Origin: Dehalococcoidia bacterium
Lineage (GTDB): Bacteria > Chloroflexota > Dehalococcoidia > Lucifugimonadales > SHYT01
Reading direction: 5' to 3'
Assembly: GCA_009692665.1 (NCBI GenBank)
Contig: SHYT01000002.1
Span: 56,606-120,605 of the forward strand
DNA: 64,000 nt
Positions 57,748 through 64,000 of the stretch are shown piece by piece. Positions within the stretch are counted from its first letter, which is position 1, and every line of letters begins with the position of its first letter. A model generated the notes under the pieces. The model saw only the letters and a list, made by a program, of their open reading frames with translations, searched no databases and was not told the origin of the DNA. The position numbers and the translations under genes were made by a program.

Positions 57748-59295
57748 ATGGCGGAAGACAAAGTTATCATCTTTGATACCACGCTCCGGGATGGGGAACA
57801 GTCCGCGGGCGCAGGCATGACCACAGATGAAAAACTCCAGATCGCGCACCAGCTTGACCGCCTCGGTGTAGACGTCATTGAAGCGGGCTTCGCTGCATCG
57901 TCCCCCGGCGACTTTGAAGCGGTCAGACAAATCGCAAAAGAAGTCCGCCGGCCCGTTATCGCATCCCTCGCGCGCGCCAACCCTGCAGATGTCGACAAGG
58001 CGGCGGAAGCGGTAAAGGGCGCTGAGCACCCGCGCATCCATGTATTCCTGTCCAGCTCAGACAACCACCTTCTGTACCAGATGCGCAAGAATCAAGAAGA
58101 GGTGCTTGAGATGGCGGTGGACAACGTCAAGCGCGCAAGGCGCTACTGCGAGAACGTAGAGTTCTCCCCCATGGACGCCAGCCGCACCGGCATCGAATTC
58201 CTGCTTCGCATCGTCGAATCCGTCATCGCAGCAGGCGCCACCACCGTCAACATCCCTGACTCGGTGGGCTACGCCATTCCCGAGCAGTTCGGCGAGATGA
58301 TCCGTACCATCATGAACAAAGTGCCCAATGTGCACAAAGCGGTCATAAGCGTCCACTGCCACAACGACCTCGGCCTGTCCGTAGCCAACAGCCTGGCCGC
58401 CGTTCGCGCAGGCGCGCGGCAAATCGAAGGCTGCATCAACGGCGTCGGCGAGCGCGCAGGCAATGCGGCGTTAGAAGAAGTCATCATGGGTCTCCAGACC
58501 CGCAAAGACCTTTTCGGGGTGTCCAACAACATTGACACCACCCAGTTGCTCGCCACCAGCCGCCTGGTCAGTGACATCTTCGGCTTCCCAGTCCAGTTCA
58601 ATAAAGCCATTGTCGGCGCGAATGCGTTCCGCCATGCGTCCGGCATCCATCAGGACGCTATTATCAAGGAGCGTACGACGTTTGAAATCATGGACCCCGC
58701 GTCCGTCGGTTGGCGCAGCAACGCGCTGGTGCTCGGCAAGCTCAGTGGACGCGCGGGCCTGAAGGCGCGCCTGGAAGAGTTGGGCTACCATCTCAGTGTG
58801 GAAGACCTCAACAAGACTTTCGAATCCTTCAAAGCGCTCGCCGACAAGAAGCACGAGGTCACCGACCGCGACTTGGAAGCGCTCATGGCTGAGCAGCGCC
58901 GCGAGAGTGACACGACTATCTACAAGCTCGATTTAGTCCAGGTGCACACCGGCACCAGCGAGATCCCAACAGCAACCGTGCGCCTAATCACCAGCGATGG
59001 CAAGCAGGTTAGCGAAGCGGCTACCGGGAACGGTCCTGTAGACGCCATTTGCAAGACTATCGCCAAGATTGTGGGCATAGAGGCGCGTGTTGACGAGTAC
59101 TCAGTGCGCTCTGTGACCGCCGGCCTTGATGCGGTTGGCGAAGTCACCATCCGCCTGGACTACCAGGGACGCATGTACGTCGGCCGCGGCGCCGATACGG
59201 ACATCCTGGTCGCCAGCGCCAAGGCACACCTGAACGCCATCAACCGCCTGCTCAGCATCGAGAACGTCGTCACACGGGCAATGGCAGCACACTAA
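57748..59295 (+). CDS. leuA: 2-isopropylmalate synthase
   Basis: IFDTTLRDGEQSAG, HCHNDLGL(S)VAN, and a C-terminal LeuA dimerisation/regulatory domain. Confidence 0.96.
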   Translation: MAEDKVIIFDTTLRDGEQSAGAGMTTDEKLQIAHQLDRLGVDVIEAGFAASSPGDFEAVRQIAKEVRRPVIASLARANPADVDKAAEAVKGAEHPRIHVFLSSSDNHLLYQMRKNQEEVLEMAVDNVKRARRYCENVEFSPMDASRTGIEFLLRIVESVIAAGATTVNIPDSVGYAIPEQFGEMIRTIMNKVPNVHKAVISVHCHNDLGLSVANSLAAVRAGARQIEGCINGVGERAGNAALEEVIMGLQTRKDLFGVSNNIDTTQLLATSRLVSDIFGFPVQFNKAIVGANAFRHASGIHQDAIIKERTTFEIMDPASVGWRSNALVLGKLSGRAGLKARLEELGYHLSVEDLNKTFESFKALADKKHEVTDRDLEALMAEQRRESDTTIYKLDLVQVHTGTSEIPTATVRLITSDGKQVSEAATGNGPVDAICKTIAKIVGIEARVDEYSVRSVTAGLDAVGEVTIRLDYQGRMYVGRGADTDILVASAKAHLNAINRLLSIENVVTRAMAAH

Positions 59296-59343
59296 AACGC
59301 TCTCGCCATGACGGCAAGAGAGCTGGCAAGAGAGGGAGCAAGC

Positions 59344-60750
59344 ATGGCTGGTAAAACAATGTTCGAGAAAATCTGGGACGCGCACCTCGTCGATGAGGAG
59401 CCTGGAAAGCCAGCGCTCATATACATCGATTTGCATTTGGTGCATGAGGTGACCTCACCGCAAGCGTTCGACGGCCTGCGCATGACCAACCGCAAAGTAC
59501 GAAGGCCGGATCTCACCATCTGCACCGTAGACCACAACGTTCCCACGTGGGCGCGCAACTTGCCCATCACGGACGAGGTTTCGTTGAAGCAGTTGGACGC
59601 CATGGAGAAAAATGCCAAGGACTTTGGCCTGACGTTCTATGGAATCAACTCCCCAGGCCAGGGCATTGTTCACGTCATTGGGCCTGAGCAGGGCTACACG
59701 CAGCCTGGCATGACCATTGTCTGCGGCGATAGCCACACCTCCACGCACGGCGCAGTCGGCGCCCTCGCGTTCGGCATCGGCACCTCTGAAGTTGAGCACG
59801 TGCTGGCAACGCAGTGCGTGGTGCAGCGCAAGCCCAAAACCATGGAAATCCGCGTGGACGGCCCGCTGCCCTTCGGCGTTGCCGCCAAGGACATCATCCT
59901 GGGCATCATCGGCCGCATCGGCATCGACGGCGCAACCGGACACGTGGTGGAGTACACCGGCGAGGCGATCCGCTCCCTGTCTATGGAAGGCCGCTTCACC
60001 GTCTGCAACATGTCCATTGAGGGCGGCGCCCGCGCTGGCATGATCGCCCCGGACGACAAGACCATCGCCTACGTCAAGGGCAGGCCGCATGCGCCCAAGG
60101 GCGCAGCCTGGGACAAGGCCGAGTCCCACTGGCGCAGCCTGCCGTCCGACAAGGACGCCAAGTTCGACAAGACCGTCATCATCCCATCCACGGAGCTGGA
60201 GCCGTTCGTTACCTGGGGTACCAATCCCGGCATGGTCGCGCGCGTCAGTGGCCGCGTCCCTGACCCAAAATCCTTCGAGGCGGTCGCAGACAAGCAAGCT
60301 GCGGTGCGCGCCCTTGAATACATGGGCCTGGAGCCCAATACGCGGGTTGAGGACATCAAGATAGACCGCGTCTTTGTTGGCTCCTGCACCAACGGCCGTA
60401 TTGAGGACCTGCGCGCCGCCGCGGAAGTAGCCAGGGGCCGCAAGGTCAATCCCAACGTCTACGCCATGGTCGTCCCAGGCTCCACTGCTGTGAAAAAGCA
60501 GGCTGAAGCTGAGGGCCTTGATCGTATCTTCAGGGATGCTAACTTTGACTGGCGAGAGGCTGGCTGCTCTATGTGCCTGGGCATGAACCCTGACATCCTG
60601 AAGCCCGGCGAGCGATGCGCCTCCACCTCCAACCGCAACTTTGAGGGTCGCCAGGGCAAGGGCGGCCGCACGCACCTCGTCAGCCCGCAGATGGCCGCCG
60701 CCGCCGCCATCGCAGGCCACTTTGTAGACATCCGGCAGTGGAAGAACTAA
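59344..60750 (+). CDS. leuC: 3-isopropylmalate dehydratase large subunit
   Basis: [23 protein letters not shown], and the Fe-S Cys in [11 protein letters not shown] and CSMCLGMN. The ATG at 59344 has GAGGGAG upstream, while the ORF opens at 59308. Confidence 0.95.
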   Translation: MAGKTMFEKIWDAHLVDEEPGKPALIYIDLHLVHEVTSPQAFDGLRMTNRKVRRPDLTICTVDHNVPTWARNLPITDEVSLKQLDAMEKNAKDFGLTFYGINSPGQGIVHVIGPEQGYTQPGMTIVCGDSHTSTHGAVGALAFGIGTSEVEHVLATQCVVQRKPKTMEIRVDGPLPFGVAAKDIILGIIGRIGIDGATGHVVEYTGEAIRSLSMEGRFTVCNMSIEGGARAGMIAPDDKTIAYVKGRPHAPKGAAWDKAESHWRSLPSDKDAKFDKTVIIPSTELEPFVTWGTNPGMVARVSGRVPDPKSFEAVADKQAAVRALEYMGLEPNTRVEDIKIDRVFVGSCTNGRIEDLRAAAEVARGRKVNPNVYAMVVPGSTAVKKQAEAEGLDRIFRDANFDWREAGCSMCLGMNPDILKPGERCASTSNRNFEGRQGKGGRTHLVSPQMAAAAAIAGHFVDIRQWKN

Positions 60751-60848
60751 GGGTCGCTACCATACGCCGCACTATCAGGATGCTGGCAAAACAGTTAAGT
60801 TGACAAGTTGAATAGATTAGACCAACTGAGGATAGGTTAGGAGGCGCC

Positions 60849-61451
60849 ATGGAACCACTCAAGCGCGTTCTCGGCACCGTTGCTCCGCTCAATCGCGTCA
60901 ACGTGGACACAGACCAGATCATTCCCAAGCAATTTCTGAAACGTATTGAACGGACAGGCTTCGGCGAATTCCTGTTCTATGACTGGCGCTTCCTGGAAGA
61001 CGGCAAGACGCTCAACCCAAAGTTTGAGTTGAATCACCCCGGCTACAAGGACGCGCAAATCCTTGTGGCAGGCCGCAACTTCGGCTGCGGCTCCTCCCGC
61101 GAGCACGCGCCGTGGGCCCTCTTAGACTACGGCTTCCGCATCGTCATTGCCCCCAGCTACGCGGACATCTTCTACAACAACTGTTTCCAGAACGGCATGC
61201 TCCCCATCACGCTGCCGGAAGAAACAGTTGAGAAGATTATGAAGAACGCGGAAAGCCGCCCTGGCTACAAGCTGGCTGTCGACTTGGAACGCGGCGTCAT
61301 TGAAGATGACCACGGCTTCAGCGCCAAGTTCGACATTGAACCCTTCCGGAAATACTGCCTGCTGAACGGCCTGGACGACATTGGCCTCACGCTCCAGCGC
61401 GAAGACAAAATCACCGCCTTTGAAAAGAAGCACGCAATCTCGCAGCGATAA
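60849..61451 (+). CDS. leuD: 3-isopropylmalate dehydratase small subunit
   Basis: [14 protein letters not shown] and [17 protein letters not shown]. Confidence 0.95.
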   Translation: MEPLKRVLGTVAPLNRVNVDTDQIIPKQFLKRIERTGFGEFLFYDWRFLEDGKTLNPKFELNHPGYKDAQILVAGRNFGCGSSREHAPWALLDYGFRIVIAPSYADIFYNNCFQNGMLPITLPEETVEKIMKNAESRPGYKLAVDLERGVIEDDHGFSAKFDIEPFRKYCLLNGLDDIGLTLQREDKITAFEKKHAISQR

Positions 61452-61475
61452 CGGCGGTATCCAAGTAGGACTAAA

Positions 61476-61505
61476 AGAGCGCCTCTAGCTTCCTAGAGGC
61501 GCTCT
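61476..61505 (+). terminator. hairpin (putative terminator) after leuD
   Basis: AGAGCGCCTCTAG cttc CTAGAGGCGCTCT is a 13-bp perfect stem. It is followed only by CCATTTGT, a weak U-tract. Confidence 0.5.
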
Positions 61506-61625
61506 CCATTTGTCCGCCGATAGCTCACATGCTTGACTTTTCCCAGCAAGAGTAGTACGTATTCGTGCCGAGGCCTGGCGTCACAACGGTTACAGGCGTG
61601 TATCTCAGCAGGAGGGTAAGCAGCT

Positions 61626-62003
61626 ATGGAAACAGTCGTCGATTTGACATCCAAGGGTCTTGTAGCTCTGATCGCCGCCATCTTGATAGGCAGGAGAACA
61701 GGCAACTCTTCCGGGGCCGTCATGGGTGGGATTATCGCCGGGGTAATTGGCGCTGTCATTGGTGTCACCGCAGGCGAGCTGGGGCTGCTACTATACCGGA
61801 CACTAGATAAATCAGTTATTGGCGCTATCGCCGGAGTGGGTGGCGCGCTCGCCCTCGGCAGTCTAATCGGATTTGGTGTCAGCGTGGCCCTCAAAAACAT
61901 GATGGGCGACCTGGCGGGCGACAAGGCAGACGTCTACAAGGCCATGGTTATTGGTGGAATCCTTGGCGCAGTTGCTGCGACGTTGTTTGGAAGCTGGATC
62001 TAG
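61626..62003 (+). CDS. small glycine-zipper membrane protein (125 aa), hypothetical
   Basis: AGGAGGG lies before the ATG. Three or four Gly-rich hydrophobic segments (GGIIAGVIGAVIGVTAG, GAIAGVGGALALGSLIGFG, IGGILGAVAATLFG). Confidence 0.6.
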   Translation: METVVDLTSKGLVALIAAILIGRRTGNSSGAVMGGIIAGVIGAVIGVTAGELGLLLYRTLDKSVIGAIAGVGGALALGSLIGFGVSVALKNMMGDLAGDKADVYKAMVIGGILGAVAATLFGSWI

Positions 62004-62093
62004 AGCAGGCCCGCCAACTCGTGCAGTTGTACGCCTTCATGTACTGAGGTTTAGGCGTGTCCAGCAGCGCGTACGCCACGCGACGGGCTCGCC

Positions 62094-62357
62094 CTAGGGC
62101 GCTTTGGCTTCTTTGGTGTAATTGGTGTACACCATGCCCACATCCTCGCCTTTCATCCCGCGGTCCACCATATACGCTTGCAGCTTTTGCGCTGCCTGCG
62201 CGCCCACAAAATGCACGTTTCCGCTGCAGTAATGCTCATGCCCCACATCCTCTGTGCCGCGCTTGTGACGCGCCCTAGGCTTGCAGCCACAAGGGCAGCC
62301 ATACCGCACCTCAACCACATCCGGTTGATTCCATGACGACCACACGATAAACTCCAT
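62094..62357 (-). CDS. small Cys/His-rich hypothetical protein (about 87 aa, GCPCGC motif)
   Basis: MEFIVWSSWNQPDVVEVRYGCPCGCKPRARHKRGTEDVGHEHYCSGNVHFVG... has balanced composition, unlike the overlapping plus-strand shadow ORF. There is no good SD sequence. Confidence 0.45.
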   Translation of the reverse strand: MEFIVWSSWNQPDVVEVRYGCPCGCKPRARHKRGTEDVGHEHYCSGNVHFVGAQAAQKLQAYMVDRGMKGEDVGMVYTNYTKEAKAP

Positions 62358-62419
62358 CAAGCATCAATCTAGGCCCCTCCCCAGGGGAAGGGTATTGAAA
62401 GAAGCAGAGGAGACACTGG

Positions 62420-63508
62420 ATGAACTTCAACATTGCAGTCCTTGGCGGTGACGGCATTGGCCCGGAGGTTACGGGCGAGGCCGTCCGCGTCCTGCAGGTC
62501 TTGGCCCAGAAGCGCGGCCATACATTCACCTTTGAGTTTGGCGCAATCGGCGGCAACGCCATTGACGACTACGGCAGCGCTCTGCCTGCCGCAACCCTCA
62601 AGTTGGCGAAAGCCAGCGACGCTGTGCTGCTCGGCGCCGTCGGCGGCCCCAAGTGGGACGATCCCAAGGCTAAGACCCGGCCTGAGGATGGCCTCCTTGC
62701 CATCCGTAAAGAACTAGGTTTGTTCGCGAACCTGCGCCCCGTCAAAGTGCACCCGGCGCTCATAAACGCCAGCCCTCTCAAGCCATCAGTCCTGCAAGGC
62801 GTAGACCTGGTGGTGGTACGCGAGCTGACCGGCGGCCTCTATTTTGGCAAGCCCAAAAAGCGCTGGTCCACCTCCCGCGGCCGCCGTGGCGTGGACACCC
62901 TGGCCTACAGCGAAAAGGAAATCCGCCGCGTGCTCCACGTCGGCTTTTCATTGGCCAAGGGCCGCAAGAAAAAGCTCACCTCAGTGGACAAAGCCAACGT
63001 CCTGGAGACCTCCCGCCTCTGGCGGGAGATGGCCACGGAAATCGCCGCGGAGTACCCTGACGTCACACTCGAGCACATGCTCGTAGACACTGCCGCTATG
63101 CAGCTCGTCCGCGCGCCATCCCGCTTCGATGTCATGGTTACAGAGAATACGTTTGGCGACATTCTGACGGACGAAGCGGCCGTCCTCGCAGGCTCCATGG
63201 GCCTGTTGCCATCAGCGAGCATGGCAGGGGTCCCGCAAATCGGCAAGCGCTCTAAGGGTCTCTATGAACCCATCCACGGCAGCGCGCCTGACATTGCCGG
63301 CAAAGGCATTGCCAACCCGCTCGCCACCATCCTGAGCACCGCGCTCATGCTCCGCTACTCCCTCAATTTGGAGGCGGAAGCCCACATCATTGAGGAAGCA
63401 GTAGGCAAAGTGGTCTCTGACGGCTACCGCACGCCAGACATCGCTGCGCCAGGCGAAAAAACCATCGGCACACGGGAAATGGGTGACCTGGTGGCGAATC
63501 TGTTGTAG
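62420..63508 (+). CDS. leuB: 3-isopropylmalate dehydrogenase
   Basis: [38 protein letters not shown] and [12 protein letters not shown]. Confidence 0.96.
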   Translation: MNFNIAVLGGDGIGPEVTGEAVRVLQVLAQKRGHTFTFEFGAIGGNAIDDYGSALPAATLKLAKASDAVLLGAVGGPKWDDPKAKTRPEDGLLAIRKELGLFANLRPVKVHPALINASPLKPSVLQGVDLVVVRELTGGLYFGKPKKRWSTSRGRRGVDTLAYSEKEIRRVLHVGFSLAKGRKKKLTSVDKANVLETSRLWREMATEIAAEYPDVTLEHMLVDTAAMQLVRAPSRFDVMVTENTFGDILTDEAAVLAGSMGLLPSASMAGVPQIGKRSKGLYEPIHGSAPDIAGKGIANPLATILSTALMLRYSLNLEAEAHIIEEAVGKVVSDGYRTPDIAAPGEKTIGTREMGDLVANLL

Positions 63509-63513
63509 CAACC

Positions 63514-63543
63514 TTGACACCCCTCCGCCCTCCATGCTACCGT
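63514..63543 (+). promoter_or_regulatory. putative promoter TTGACA-18-TACCGT immediately after leuB
   Basis: A perfect -35 six nt after the leuB stop. It would drive the roughly 270-nt structured region that ends at the 63787-63822 terminator. Confidence 0.35.
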
Positions 63544-63786
63544 CGCTAGAACAGCCGTGACGGAGACCCGTCAGCGCAGCAGCGCCTCCAGCGAGTCCGA
63601 GAGGGTGTGAGCGGACAGGTAGCGCTGCGGTGAACATCCCTCCTGAGCTGCGCAGTGAATGTCCTTCCTGGAAGGGCGGAGTAGCCTGCGCCGGAATGCC
63701 ACCGTTACTGGGCAGGAGCGTGTTCGCGCTCCGCAAGAGTCCTGCTCCAGTTCAGCAGCGGGAGAATAAGGGTGGTATCACGAGAA

Positions 63787-63822
63787 CAAAAAGCTCGTCC
63801 CTTTGGGACGAGCTTTTTGTTT
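63787..63822. terminator. strong bidirectional rho-independent terminator
   Basis: AAAAAGCTCGTCCC ttt GGGACGAGCTTTTTGTTTG. Confidence 0.8.
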
Positions 63823-64000
63823 GCCTTGGTTATTCTTCTGTATTGTCTAACTTGGACTACAGAAGCCAAGTCAACGAAGTGCTGAACACGCTAGGTGTCG
63901 TCGCGGGAGCGGGCTAGAACACGTGCATCGTGAACAACGTATCACCTCGTTGGGAGAAAAAGGCGGAGAGGTCCCCCTTCCTTTAGGGGAATAGGGCCAG

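Noticed and set aside
63509-63786. Identity of the structured region after leuB as SRP RNA, 6S RNA, tmRNA or RNase P RNA.
   Set aside because: CCUGGAAGGGCGGAGUAGCC only loosely resembles the SRP domain IV GGAA/AGCA motif. No tRNA-like end, no GAGGAAAGUCC and no 6S-type end pairing could be found. It is kept only as an unclassified candidate.
63823-64000. Hairpin CTTCTGTA...TACAGAAG flanked by CTTGG/CCAAG at 63826-63870, near the right edge.
   Set aside because: It is a single imperfect hairpin with no context, because the window ends. It cannot be interpreted.

Overview
GC-rich bacterial chromosomal segment, mostly core metabolism. The regulatory repertoire is typical of Terrabacteria: a T-box leader, a PyrR attenuator, GlnR-type phased direct repeats and repeated TTGACA-17/18-TAnnGT promoters. 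My guess is a Chloroflexota-like or related monoderm lineage, but that is inference. Gene order, left to right: MoxR fragment, tRNA-Val, an Ig-repeat gene remnant, a thrC-like/NIL/MoaD-like trio, a radical-SAM fragment, a GATase, gyrA, an MFS transporter, plsC-cmk and tRNA-Gly. Next comes a gene-poor 1.1 kb spacer holding an 18-codon Lys/Ala ORF, then pyrR-pyrB-pyrC-carA-carB, glnA, and amt-glnK plus a tiny membrane ORF and an atypical OmpR-family regulator. These are followed by recF, an MFS transporter, meaB, otsA, aqpZ and the Ni-SOD pair sodN/sodX. A heme/siroheme cluster follows (regulator-ahbAB-sirC-hemA-hemC-cobA/hemD-hemB ... hemL), split by a RelE/ParE toxin-antitoxin pair. After it: a disrupted pcm, an argF-like gene, der, prmA, and hrcA-grpE(disrupted)-[dnaK missing]-dnaJ. 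The right end holds two secreted surface proteins (one with a collagen-like Gly-X-Y stalk and a C-terminal membrane anchor) and ilvBNC-leuA-leuCD ... leuB behind a Leu T-box. I saw no CRISPR array, rRNA, transposase or integrase. The candidates most worth a second look are: (1) the two-gene surface module with a roughly 450 nt leader; (2) the ThrC-like + NIL + MoaD-like trio, a possible sulfur-carrier homocysteine route; (3) the six-fold 11-bp-phased GTTAC array with an atypical orphan response regulator and a nitrogen-cluster micro-ORF; (4) the HTH/sensor regulator with phased GAAATCT repeats heading a siroheme-dependent heme cluster; (5) point lesions in several conserved genes (grpE, pcm, cmk start, Ig-repeat gene) and a missing dnaK. 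All calls rest on reading the sequence and the ORF track by eye. No searches were run.
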